DNA of 63,838 nucleotides, filler included, from Olpidium bornovanus S191 (Eukaryota > Fungi > Olpidiomycota): assembly GCA_017911155.1 (NCBI GenBank). It is 33 parts of 33 records of this genome, joined end to end, with 100 filler letters (N's around TTAATTAATTAA, not from the genome) between each part and the next. Parts side by side here need not be neighbours in the genome. Positions count along the whole stretch, not along the records: positions 47,954 to 49,653 come from JAEFCI010006692.1; positions 49,754 to 50,997 come from JAEFCI010000397.1; positions 51,098 to 52,232 come from JAEFCI010008858.1; positions 52,333 to 55,161 come from JAEFCI010004675.1; positions 55,262 to 57,054 come from JAEFCI010006532.1; positions 57,155 to 58,827 come from JAEFCI010006954.1; positions 58,928 to 59,986 come from JAEFCI010009988.1; positions 60,087 to 62,690 come from JAEFCI010007804.1; 25 more parts are not named here. One strand, 5' to 3'. How positions within the stretch are numbered: the first letter of the stretch is position 1; every line of letters starts with the position of its first letter. This document shows, in pieces, positions 49,249 to 60,539 of this stretch. Position numbers and translations under genes: made by a program. The notes below the pieces were generated by a model. That model ran no database searches, was not told where the DNA came from, and saw only the letters and a list, made by a program, of their open reading frames with translations.

Positions 49249-50951
49249 CGAATGGAAAGATCATTTGGCGTAGGGTGTTTACTTAGGCAAGGCGAATTGG
49301 TCCGCTCCGCTGCCCTTTGTTCGCATTTCGCGCGTCCCTTGCCACCCTTCCCTGCAATAGTCCTCTGCGTTCCGATCTGCTCTTTAGCTGTTGTTGGTGC
49401 TGTTTCTTAGTGCTAAGTACAGGGGAGAGAGATTTCAACGCAAGATGATCGAGCTACATCACTTGCTCCTTCGCACTCTCATGGCGGATCCCCCAGGACT
49501 GCGAGGATTCTGCCACAGGCGACCCACACTCCCATGCCAATGTCGGCGCCCAGCGGTTTTCCTTGGCGTGGAATTGGCACCGCGGCGGTGCCAATTCCAC
49601 TGCGGCCAGAATTTGGTTACTCTCATTCTCCGCAGCCTGTCAGGCGTGCGTACNNNNNNNNNNNNNNNNNNNNNNNNNNNNNNNNNNNNNNNNNNNNTTA
49701 ATTAATTAANNNNNNNNNNNNNNNNNNNNNNNNNNNNNNNNNNNNNNNNNNNNCCCCTTCCGCCACCTTCCGCGAACTTATTTACCTTTGAACAGCTCCT
49801 TGTTGATGATGTGCTCGACGCTGATCGGCCTCGCATTGGGGCTTTTCGTAGTCGTATATGAGGCACTGACTGGTCTGGGCAATTTGCGCAACCACCCGAA
49901 TTCAAGGTTCCCCAAGAGGTTTTCTATCTTCCTTTTCCGCGAGATCCGCCCGGGTCAGAGGACAAAAAAAAAAAGAAATCCACACGGGAAGCCTTCGCTG
50001 GTGAGCGCGCAAAGATGAGGCGCCTCGACGTGCCGGGCGAAATCGTGGCTGCGTCCGGCGGTGTGGGGGGCCTGGGGGAAGGGTTAGGAAGGGAAGGGGG
50101 GGGGGGTTGTTAATGTTGATTCCCGGAAGCCGAAGGAGAAGAAGAGGAAGAGGATTGTATTCGGGGCGTGGCGCCGCTATCTACTCCAGGCCTATTTTAT
50201 ATGGCGGGAAACTAGAAACTCTACAAAGGGTAACAGGAGCTTTTGGCGTGCGCAGTGCTCGTGCTCCTCAGCCTCCCCCTTTATTTTCGACAGTTAAATC
50301 CCTCCGGGCCTTCCATCCCTCGTGCATGTAGAGAAGAGAAAGAAGATGAAAGGGAGGCACGGACAGAGAGGGGGGCTTAGACAATTCCCCCTCCCCTGAT
50401 GTAACCAACCAACCCCCCCACCCCCGCTGGGTTACCGCAAACGCACAAAAGGCAAGACTAACCAATTTCCCCCCCCCCCACTTTGTAGAGAGAGAGAAAG
50501 AGAAAGAGAGAGAGAGAGCCCAGTCCCGCCTCGTATTATTCGTGTAGAAGGCAGAGGAGCAGCCATATATCAGAACTTTCGCGAAATATCACATAGTACA
50601 CGCTTGATAATGATTCCCCAGTTCCCCTACTCTCGAGCGGGCTATGTATGCGCCCGCGAGCCTGACGCCCCGCGATCGCTTCTCCCTTCCCCGCTTCCCC
50701 CCTTCCCCCCCTTCCCTCCTTTTGGGCTCTAAATCCCAAAACTTCCCGCCCCGCCCGCCCGCCCGCCCGCCCCCCGCCTCCCCGCCGCCGCGCCCTCTTT
50801 TTTCTCTTCCGTTAGTTTTTCTCCGCCCGGCCGCTCCCCACCGAAAAAGGATGACGAAAGGGGAAAAACAAAAACAAAAAAAAAAAAAAAAAAAAAAAAA
50901 AACCCGGGGGGTTTTTCCCCCCTTGGCGCCAAACCCAAAAAGCCTTTTTTT

Positions 50952-50993
<42 letters not shown>

Positions 50994-51097
50994 ACCCNNN
51001 NNNNNNNNNNNNNNNNNNNNNNNNNNNNNNNNNNNNNNNNNTTAATTAATTAANNNNNNNNNNNNNNNNNNNNNNNNNNNNNNNNNNNNNNNNNNNN

Positions 51098-52126
51098 CAT
51101 GTCCCTTTGGAACGCCCGCCTCACGACGGCCAACGCTTCCGGCGGGCACCCGGCCTCCTCGATGAGCACGTTGGCGATCGCGGCGTTGAGCTCTTGCTCT
51201 TCTTTGGACGAGGTCGTGACCAGCTGCCTCAGGAGGATCCTGAGAACGCCGAAGTCGAACGATTTCCCTTGCTCGGAAATTAGGATCCTCTGCAGGCAGC
51301 GGACGGCGACGTTGCGCGCCGCGAGGGCCGAACATTTCTTCGGTCCGCTCCGGACGAGGCACCCTTCCAGCGCCGCGAGGGTGGCCTCGCGGTCCGGGTC
51401 GGCGCTCGCCAGCTCCCGGACGGCGCCGAGGTACCCGAGCTCGGAGGTGTAATCTCCGACGTCGCCCTCGGCCAGCTGGTCCCACGACGGGACGAGGAGC
51501 GCCAGCGTCCCCCGGTGGGCTATCCGGGCGAGCTGCGCGGCGGCCTGCGCGGGCAGGCCGGCGGATCCCGCGCGCCGCAGGCTTTTGACCTGGCGCGCGT
51601 TGCGGATGAGTTCCTCGATCCGGCGCCGGCCGGCGCGGCCGCCGTCTTCGGGGCCCGCGCCGGAAAGGAGCGGCGGCGGGGACCCCGGGGCCGACCGGGA
51701 AGCCGATGCCGGCGCTCTGCGTTCGCGAGTTCTGCGAGGTTTTTGAGGCCGCTTGCTGCAGCCAGATCGTCCTCCGCCGGCAGGCTCCGCTGTCAGAGCA
51801 GGAGGATTCGGCCGGGTCGACCTGACATTGTGCGGGGGCGGCAGTTGGCAAAGGTTTTTTGACCCAGAGTCATCCGAAATGCGCGATGAAAAGTTTTCGA
51901 TTAGTTGCGCGGCGCCATTCGATGCACCCACGGTATCAGCATATCTCCTGGTCCGAACGGCCAGTGCGCCCGACGGATGGAAAATAAGAAAAGCTTCGCC
52001 TGTCGGCACGCGCCTTGTGGTTCTCGGCACGTGCAATGAGCGGGACGGGGTACGCCGTCTCTTTGAGGGCAGTGAGACTGCGGGGTGGGCAGTGCTTCGA
52101 ACTTTCATAAAGTTGGGATTTACCAC
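51098..52126 (-). CDS. Hypothetical alpha-helical protein, 3'-truncated
   Basis: Long ORF whose distal half looks like an amphipathic-helical protein (RCLQRILISEQGKSFDFGVLRILLRQLV). No family recognised; start uncertain. Confidence 0.45.
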
Positions 52127-52332
52127 AGCCCGGTAGCCTTGGAAACCGGATCTCCGACTAGCCCGTCGACCCGTCTAGCTCGCTCGCGCACCATCTGCCG
52201 CCAGCTGCCAGAGAGAACGAACCGTCGCATGCNNNNNNNNNNNNNNNNNNNNNNNNNNNNNNNNNNNNNNNNNNNNTTAATTAATTAANNNNNNNNNNNN
52301 NNNNNNNNNNNNNNNNNNNNNNNNNNNNNNNN

Positions 52333-52781
52333 ACGATGACCAATGGAACGACTAACGTCCGCGCGCAGACGTTTTCCGACGTGTTCACCGTATACTGCGC
52401 CAAAAAGTTCCCTGGGATGATCGGTAGGCGGATCTTTTGCTGCCCACCTCATGCTGGCATCACCGTCGGAGGTCGTACGACCGCTTTCTGCGAGCTGGTT
52501 TTTGCGCGACTTTTTGATTGGTCACTCTCTTGTACGTCGTGTGCTCTCTGAAATTGCCAGATTCGACGCCCTTGTCCAGGTGGTTCGCGCACCAAGGCGT
52601 CAAAATTCATGGACGACGTGACAAGCCCGGCCGGCGGCGCGTCTCGCAGGCCGAAGAGGTCAAACCCGCAGCAGAGGAAGAGCGAAACCTGGGCGAGACG
52701 GTGGAGTCCATGTCCGTTCCCCTCTCGGCTCGTGACGGTGGGCTCGTAGGCTCTATGCGTATTGTCCAAGCGGACGAGTAG
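52333..52781 (+). CDS. Velvet-family transcription factor, C-terminal fragment
   Basis: AQTFSDVFTVYCAKKFPGMI/DSTPLSRWFAHQGVKIH is the conserved end of the velvet domain. Intron 52425-52560. Subfamily (VeA/VelB/VosA) cannot be assigned. Confidence 0.9.
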
Positions 52782-54149
52782 CCGGCGGCGCCGGAGAAAC
52801 ACGCGATGATCCGTTCACCTGTGCGCGTGTCCCGGCGATGGAAACGTGGGAACACGTCGAAGGATAGCGTTCTCCCTGCACGAGCTGCTTCGCCAGCTTG
52901 AACGGCGAAACCTCGGGCCGCGTTTTTCTTTTTTTAGGTGCCTACCTGTCTCTTTCCGTTCGTAACCCTGCCTTCAGACCTGGCACTTCTTTGTTTGCCG
53001 AGGAAGGGTTCTATCCCCATTCGCCCCATCTCCGCGCCCATTTTCATTCCGGTTCACTGTATATCCCTCCCAACGTCGCAAATGTTGCCTCGGGCAAGAT
53101 TTGCTGGCCTTGCATCTTTTTAGTTCCGCAGCTTTTCTTTCCCCCCATTCCCCCTTCCTCTCTTCCCCCCTCCCGCCTTTTTTATCAGCTTAGGAAAATG
53201 TTTCCATTTTTGCTTAATATTGCCTGCGGGAAAGGACGAGGAAACGAGGAGTTCCGAATTCTCCAGTACGTCGGCCCGTGTGGGGCGGGAGGGGGGGTTG
53301 AGCCTAAGCGGCGGCGACGCCAGCAGCCCGCGGAGACGAGGCGGCAGCGAAACATGAAAAACGGTTGGCTCTCGGTTTTCGGTTGTAAGCGGTAAAGCGT
53401 TTTGGATCTTTTTAGAGATTTTCTACATACCGCATGCATGCGTTGAACGCATGCCTTAAATAAATGCACGGGTTGTTAATCGTGAATTTGTCAAGTGAAA
53501 TCCTGGATTTCGAATTCACACCCAAGGCAATGGTCGGCAAAATGTGCACGGATAAATCCTCTCTAGCCAAACCGTGCTTCTAGTTAACAAGCAACCTGAC
53601 ACTCTGGTTCACTCCAATTGCCAGAGGTAATCACAGTTCTCATTCGATCCGAAAGCCTGTCAACCTAAATTTCGTCCGTAGCCCTTATATTATTATCGGT
53701 GCTAGTGACAAAATAGACTGCTGAGGATATACCACTAAGTGGGCTCTATCTTTTGTGTTCGACAGTGGAATGACCCAGGGCAATGTGAGTGTAGTTCTCT
53801 TGAAAAGAAGGCGTGCAGATTTTTCAATGTGACGCGTCGGGTGGGCGGCACAATTAAACACGTCCGGGAGACGGGGAAGACGCGTTGGGGAGCCGAGCGG
53901 ACCCCGCACTCCGCCCCGCAGAGTAGACCCGTAGATGCACGAACGTTCAAGGCAGAGCAGAACCGGCGGATCGCCCGGGGCGCTCGAGCAGAATAAAAGA
54001 GAGACAGAGAGATAGATAGAAAAAGAAAGAGAAGAAGAGAGGATTGCAATCGCGTTTGTTCCCGTCGAGCCGTCTGACTTCCGCCTCGGAGAAGCCCTGG
54101 GGCTTAACGACTGACTCCGCCTTCTGATTAAAGTACAAAACTAGTACAA

Positions 54150-54648
54150 CAGCGGCTCTCCCGCAGAGGGCTTTCCCGCAGCGGCTCTCCCGCAGCGGCG
54201 ATGGGGCTGGCTCGGAAGGAGGCTCTCACGCAGCGGCTCTCCCGCAGAGGGCTTTTCCCGCGGCGGGCTTTCCGGAGGGCTTTCCCGTGGCGGCTCTCCC
54301 GCGGCGGCTCTCCCGCGGTGGCTCTCCCGCGGCGGCTCTCCCGCGGTGGCTCTCCCGCGGCGGCTCTCCCGCAGCGGCGATGGCGCTGGCTCGGGCGGCG
54401 ACGGCGCCGTCCCGTGAGGAGGGGCTCACGCAGCGGCAATGGCGCTGTCTCGTGAGCGGTCTCACGCAGCGGCTCTCCCGCAGCGGCTCTCCCGCAGAGG
54501 GCTTTCCCGCGGCGGCGACGGCGCTGTCTCGGGAGAGGGCTCTCACTCAGGCGATGGCGCTGCTGTCTCGTGAGAGGGCTTTCCCGCAGCGGCGACGGCG
54601 GTATCTCGGGAGAGGGCTCTCACGCAGGCGATGGCGCTGTCTCGTGAG
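54150..54648. repeat. GC-rich minisatellite of 14-mers C(A/G)GCGGCTCTCCCG interleaved with about 36-38-nt units
   Basis: More than a dozen 14/15-mers plus longer CAGCGGCGATGGCGCTGTCTCGTGAGAGGGCTCTCACG-type units read directly. Confidence 0.9.
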
Positions 54649-55261
54649 TAGGACTCCTCCGTCGTCTCCGTCTCCCGTCACCGGTTTGGGCTCATAACCC
54701 TTTATTCTTTCTTCTGAGTTTTACGCGTTCCGGCGGTGTGAGCGTGAGCTTGCGTTGTCTTTGTGTCCATGTTGTCATCCTTCTCCTTTTCCTTCTTCCC
54801 GCCACCCGCCTTTTCCACGCCCGCCCCGCCTGCGGCTGCTGCCGCCGCCACAGCATTCCGCGGAAATATGGCCGACTTTACAGCAATTGTAGCAGGGGAT
54901 TTCCGCTGTTTTTCTTTTTCCCGTCCGCATCGTTGTTCTTCAAATCGCGGATGATGTGCACATTGTCCGCCGAACCAGAAATCTCAACGCGATGACGGCT
55001 GCCGTCGACTTCGCGGAGGACTGCTACGGTTTCGGCCAGCCATGGCGTCACTCTTGTCTTTGTGTCCCGATCCCATCTGGTGCAACTTTGATTGCCAATC
55101 GGAAGATTGCAAGTAATACCATAAGCAGGACGTCACGCGTCTCGCGTTCCCAATCGCAGCCNNNNNNNNNNNNNNNNNNNNNNNNNNNNNNNNNNNNNNN
55201 NNNNNTTAATTAATTAANNNNNNNNNNNNNNNNNNNNNNNNNNNNNNNNNNNNNNNNNNNN

Positions 55262-56141
55262 CAAGGCTTACAGTCGTCTTGGGTATACCATTTGTGCGGC
55301 ATTTGGACTTTTCTTTCTTTAGGAGCCTATGAAATGACGTCACTTACCCCGACCTGACGGCTGACCGAAATTACCAGCCATGCGTACTTCTGCCTTGGCC
55401 GCTATGAAGAGTCGGCGAACGCGTTCTCGAAGGGCCTGGAGCTAGAGCCGGACAACGCGACGATGAAGAGTTCTCTCCAAACGGCCCAGGCGAAGATTGC
55501 ATCCGCCTCGTCGTCCTCTCACTCTGCAACGACAGCGGCGGCCTCGTCGGACCCCCCTTCGGGCGCACGGAGCCGCGCTTCCGCCTCTGCCGGAGGCATG
55601 CCGGACCTCGCGTCCATGCTCGGAGGCGGCGGAGCACCAGGAGGAGGGATGCCTGACCTCTCGGCGCTGCTCCAAAACCCAGCCATGATGCGCATGGCCC
55701 AGCAGGCGATGCAGAACCCGGAGATTATGCGCATGGCGCAGCAGTTCATGGGTGGCGGTGGAGGGGCAGGGGCAGGAGCAGGGGGAGGGGCCGGAAGCAA
55801 CCCGCTTGCCAATTTGGTGCGTGGGGTGTGAACCTCGGGCAATGACTTCCGCGCGGCCGGCTCCGAGATTGTGATCGAATTGGAATGTAGCGTTTCGATC
55901 GTGACCGTCCGAACCCAATTCGCTAACTTGCTTTGTCTTTCCACGTAGATGAACAACCCGGACATGATGACCATGTAAGTCGATGTCGATATGGGATGCG
56001 GAATCCGCTTCGTTCTTTATCTGAGCAGTCGTCGACTTACCTGTGTGCCGGACCTGACTGGTTCTCTCGAAATTTCTCAGGGCGCAACAGTTCATGGGCA
56101 GCAATGGTCGGGGCGGGAGGGGCAATCCCGGCCCCCGCTGA
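55262..56141 (+). CDS. SGT2: Small glutamine-rich TPR co-chaperone Sgt2/SGTA, 5'-truncated
   Basis: TPR KAYSRLG/HAYFCLGRYEESANAFSKGLELEPDN, followed by STI1-like GGMPDLSALLQNPAMMRMAQQAMQNP and MNNPDMMTMAQQFMG. Confidence 0.9.
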
Positions 56142-56462
56142 CAAGAAAGAATACTACCGGAAGCTTGTGCCTCCCGGCATAATCATCAAAAAAGAAGAAG
56201 AAAGAAGAATTTTCTGATATTAACGGCAGTGCTCTCTGTAAATCCCCGCTGTACACGTATTGCAAGCGCCCGATGTCGAATGTCGCGGCGGACAAAAGAA
56301 AGGGTTTTGGCACTCGAAATGCAAAGTAATTACGCTACATGAACACTGTCGTGTGGTGTGAGGCTTTAATTGCGAAGAAAAAGAAGTCGCCATTGCCTGC
56401 AGCCCAACGCCGGCGGCGTTTCCGCCGGGCGACGTTTCCGCCGGGCGGCGTTTTGCGCCGGG

Positions 56463-56497
<35 letters not shown>

Positions 56498-56639
56498 AAA
56501 AGAAGGGGGACGACGCCACACGGACGCTCCCGCTCCCCAGAGCGGCCCTCTTGCCGGGCCACGCGGGCAGAGGCAGAACCCCTCCCTCCGAGACCTCCAG
56601 ACCTCCGAGACCTCCGAGACCTCCTCCGGAGCAGGCCCC

Positions 56640-57054
56640 GTGTGACCATGCCGGCGGCCAAGGGGGCCGCGCCGGCGGTCAAGGGGCCGCGATGGCGGCC
56701 GCGTGACCATGCCGGCGGCCAAGGGGGCCGCGCCGGCGGCCAAGGGGGCCGCGCCGGCGGCCAAGGGGGCCGCCCGGCGGCCGCGTGAGCCACAGAGGCG
56801 GCAGAGGCGGCCACAACGGCGGCCGCGTGAGCCACAGAGGCGGCAGAGGCGGCCACAACGGCGGCCGCGTGAGCCACAGAGGCGGCAGAGGCGGCCACAA
56901 CGGTGGCTGCTTGAGCCACAGAGGCGGCAGAGGCGGCCACAACGGTGGCTGCTTGAACCATGGAGGCGGCCGCGTGAACCGCGCAGGCGGCCAAGGTGGC
57001 CGCGGCGGTGGCCGCGTGAACCATGGAGGCAGCCCGAGGCGGCCGAAACGGCGG
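56640..57054 (+). repeat. 21-bp and 42-bp tandem repeats able to encode Gly/Arg-rich peptides (AGGQGGR; GGRVSHRGGRGGHN)
   Basis: GCCGGCGGCCAAGGGGGCCGC repeats, then GGCGGCCGCGTGAGCCACAGAGGCGGCAGAGGCGGCCACAAC about 4-5 times. Frames are broken by single-base differences. Confidence 0.85.
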
Positions 57055-57155
57055 NNNNNNNNNNNNNNNNNNNNNNNNNNNNNNNNNNNNNNNNNNNNTT
57101 AATTAATTAANNNNNNNNNNNNNNNNNNNNNNNNNNNNNNNNNNNNNNNNNNNNC

Positions 57156-57900
57156 ATGAAAAACGGCCAGGGGTTCGTGCTCGTCTACAGCATCACGTCT
57201 CAGGCTACTTTCAACGACCTCGCAGATTTGAGAGAGCAGATACTAAGGGTGAAAGACACAGACAAGGTGCGAAAAGCGTGCGTCTCTGATTTTTGTAGCG
57301 CCGCAGGGTTCCGTCCCGGAAGAAGCAAAGCTGTGCGCCGCCGTGAAAAATGACCTCTGGCGTGGATCTTTCCTTTTTTTGGGGTTGCGTTTTTCCTTGG
57401 TGTCGGCACCCCGGCGCGGGCCGCCGACGCTCTCGGGATCGGGGGTCGGCGGGGATCGGTTCGTTTCACCCGGACGGCGACTCAACAACACGTCTACGAT
57501 TCGGATTTCGGCGGTTCGCGCCGATGCTGATCGACGGGGCGGCGTATTGTTTTTTTTTTCTCCTTCGTTCGGTTTCTCCCCGTTTTTTTCGCCGACGTCG
57601 CGGCCCCCGTTTGGCGCGGGCCAAACAAAAACACAAAACAAAAACAACAACAACTACAAAAAAACTCAGGTGCCGTTGGTCCTGGTGGGCAACAAGTGCG
57701 ACCTGGAGGATTCCCGGCAGGTGTCGAAGGAGCACGGGGCGTCGCTCGCGCAGCAATGGGGAGGGGCGACGTTCCTCGAGACGTCGGCGAGGAAGAAGAT
57801 CAACGTGGACGAGGTGTTTTTTGACCTCGTCAAGCAGATCAACAAGCTATATCCCGTCAAGGCGGACAAGAAAAAGAAGGGGAAGTGCGTGCTGCTCTGA
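57156..57900 (+). CDS. RAP1: Ras-family GTPase Rap1/Rsr1, 5'-truncated
   Basis: [22 protein letters not shown]...[23 protein letters not shown]...FLETSAR...[10 protein letters not shown] (NKxD, SAR, polybasic tail plus CAAX). Confidence 0.95.
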
Positions 57901-58789
57901 GCGCCGCCGCCATAAACTTTCGTGCCCCCCCCCCCCCCCCCCCCCCCCCACCCTTTCGGCGTGATGTGTCGGAGCCCCCACCCACCGTGCTTTGTTCCTC
58001 GTCGTCGTTTTCTGTCTCCTTCAACGACCCCCCCCCTCCGCTACTCCCGCTCCCTCTCTCTCTCTCTCTCACTCTCTCACTCTTCACCCCCCCTCCCAAC
58101 CTTCCGCTCTGCCTTGCCCTGCTCCCCCTCCCGGCCCCCCTCCCCCCTCCCTCTCCCTCCGCCCTTTTTCCCCTACCGGAAGCAAACTCCAGCATGTACT
58201 TACTTCCTTATCGCGAAGTGTTATCTCAGGCGAAATTATACATAAGGGAACAACCGCGAGAGGCAAAAGGTCCTGCATTTTTTTTTTTTTTTTTTTTTTT
58301 TTAGTTAGGATCAACCCACAGCAGGATTTTTTTACAGTTAGGATCAACCCACAGCAGGGCCTCCCCGGCGAAGGCCCAAAATTCCCACAAGTTGGTTTTC
58401 TGGGACTCCGGAACCTGGAATTTTTTTTTTCTTTCTGTTTTCCTTTCATTTCTGCCGGTTCGGCCCGTTGATCCAAGGGGGCGCCCCACTTTCGACCCGC
58501 GCGCACGGGAAGCGTGGGGAAAGCGTGGAGGCGGCGTGATTTCGCCTCGACACCACGTCTCACGCTCACTCTCACTCTCACACACTCTCTCTTTCTCTCT
58601 ATTTACCCTGGGCGCGTGCGCGCGTGACGCGCAACGTCGCCTGCCTCTTCCGCCCCGCGCCTCCTCGCGCAAGGGCGCTCTGCCGTCCCGGTTTCGTAGC
58701 CGGCGGGGGGGGGGCGGTCGGGAAGGGTGTAGGGGGGGGGGTGTGTGTGTGTGTGTTGGGAGGGGATCAAAAGGAGGAAAGAAGGGGGA

Positions 58790-58820
<31 letters not shown>

Positions 58821-59006
58821 CGCGGGGNNNNNNNNNNNNNNNNNNNNNNNNNNNNNNNNNNNNNNNNNNNNTTAATTAATTAANNNNNNNNNNNNNNNNN
58901 NNNNNNNNNNNNNNNNNNNNNNNNNNNGCCCCTCCGCCCGCCTCCCCGAAACACCAACACAAAACAAAGGGAGAAAAGGAAGGAAGGGGAAAAAAAGATG
59001 GCGGCC

Positions 59007-59098
59007 GCCGCGCTCTCGTCCGCCGTTTCTGTGGTTGCCGCGCTCTCGTCCGCCGTTTCTGTGGCCGCCGCGCTCTCGTCCGCTGTTGCTGCGGCCAT
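59007..59098. repeat. 3 x 30-bp tandem repeat
   Basis: GCCGCGCTCTCGTCCGCCGTTTCTGTGGYY units. Confidence 0.8.
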
Positions 59099-59247
59099 CG
59101 TGGCCGTCCGCGAGTACTGGCACGTCCCCGAAGCATGGCAGTCCGACAACACGCGCCGTGGTCTGCGCGTCAAACTTGAGGTGCGGACAGAGGCTGGACG
59201 AATTCACGGGCATTGCCGCACGCAGCGCCACACAAAGCGGAAGCATG

Positions 59248-59545
59248 GAGGACCGAAGGCAGCTCTCCCGGGGTGCGTGTGGGCGCGGGTCTCTGATGGT
59301 TGGCCACCGGAGCAGAGGTCCCAAGCCCACAGCATTATCCGGGGGCGGCTGGGCGTCCTTCTCGCGGAGGCTTCTTGTGGGCGCAGCTGTGTGCGCCGTT
59401 GTGTGCGCGGGCTGTGGATGGAGTGGATGCTCAGAGGACCGAAGGCGGCTCTCCCGGGGTGCGTGCCGGCGCGGGTCTCTGACAGTCGGCCACCGGAGCA
59501 GAGGTCCCAAGCTCGCAGCATTATCCGGGGGTCGTCGGACGTCCT
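59248..59545. repeat. Direct repeat of about 110 bp with 186-bp period
   Basis: GAGGACCGAAGGCRGCTCTCCCGGGGTGCGTG...GGCCACCGGAGCAGAGGTCCCAAGC...GCATTATCCGGGGG occurs at 59248 and 59434. Confidence 0.85.
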
Positions 59546-60539
59546 TCCAGCATAAGCTTTTGCCTGCGGCCTTTTGGGTCTTTTTATCCGCGCGGTCTCG
59601 GATGTCCATGCCTGACGTATTTCCCGTTTTCCGTCTTTTCGCGCCCCTGGGCAGATCTTGGTCAACCTCCTCGACAGGGTGACAGTGCCGGGGGCGTTGG
59701 AGGTGTTGCTTGCCGACCGGGAGGGCCTGCAGAAACGGTGCCGACACGCGTTATCCTGGCCTGAGGAGCCATGCGTGTGGGACCGGCTCGGGGCCCTCCT
59801 CGGAGGTCGGGAGATCCGCTACCCTCGGGTGCGAGAAGCTTGGGGACGTCGGGCCACGCCTGGGCGCCCGCGAGCCATGGCGCGTCGTCAGGGAGCACCT
59901 TTCTGCCTCATTCTCCCGCACCGACCTGAGCTGCGCGCGCAGTGCCTGGGGAAGTTCATGTCAAGCCTTCCGTGCAAAAAGGTGCCNNNNNNNNNNNNNN
60001 NNNNNNNNNNNNNNNNNNNNNNNNNNNNNNTTAATTAATTAANNNNNNNNNNNNNNNNNNNNNNNNNNNNNNNNNNNNNNNNNNNNCTGGTAACTTTTTC
60101 ACCAAATGTTCCGCTGGACAGTAAACGACGGCCCTGGCACGGCTAAACGCCACGCGCACCGACCGTCCCCTTTCTGTCGCACGTGCAGTTCCTAGGGGAC
60201 CGCCATGAAGTAGCTAGCCCTAAAACAAACCGAGGAAAGTTCTCCGTACGCCTGCTCGGCTCCTTGGCGCCCCCGTGAGCGCCCGTCTGCCGCCCCGCCC
60301 GTCTGCTGCTCGAAATACAGTATAACAGTTTTTTTTTTTTTTTTTTGGCTCGTGTGGACAAAAACGAAAGCCCCTCCCCCTTCCGGCACCCTCCCCCCCC
60401 CACCCCCCCTGCCTTCCAACAAATTTTTTTCAGGAGGCGTGAAGCGCCGCCGAGACAAAAAAACCATCCCGCCAAAAACCGCTGCCGCCGAGAGCGCACG
60501 GGCACCGCGGCCGAGTCGAGTTCCTAGGCGGGAGCTCTC

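Noticed and set aside
58303-58358. 23-bp direct repeat AGTTAGGATCAACCCACAGCAGG separated by 10 nt
   Set aside because: It abuts a long poly-T run, so local misassembly or slippage is likely. The insert is too short to be an element with target-site duplications.
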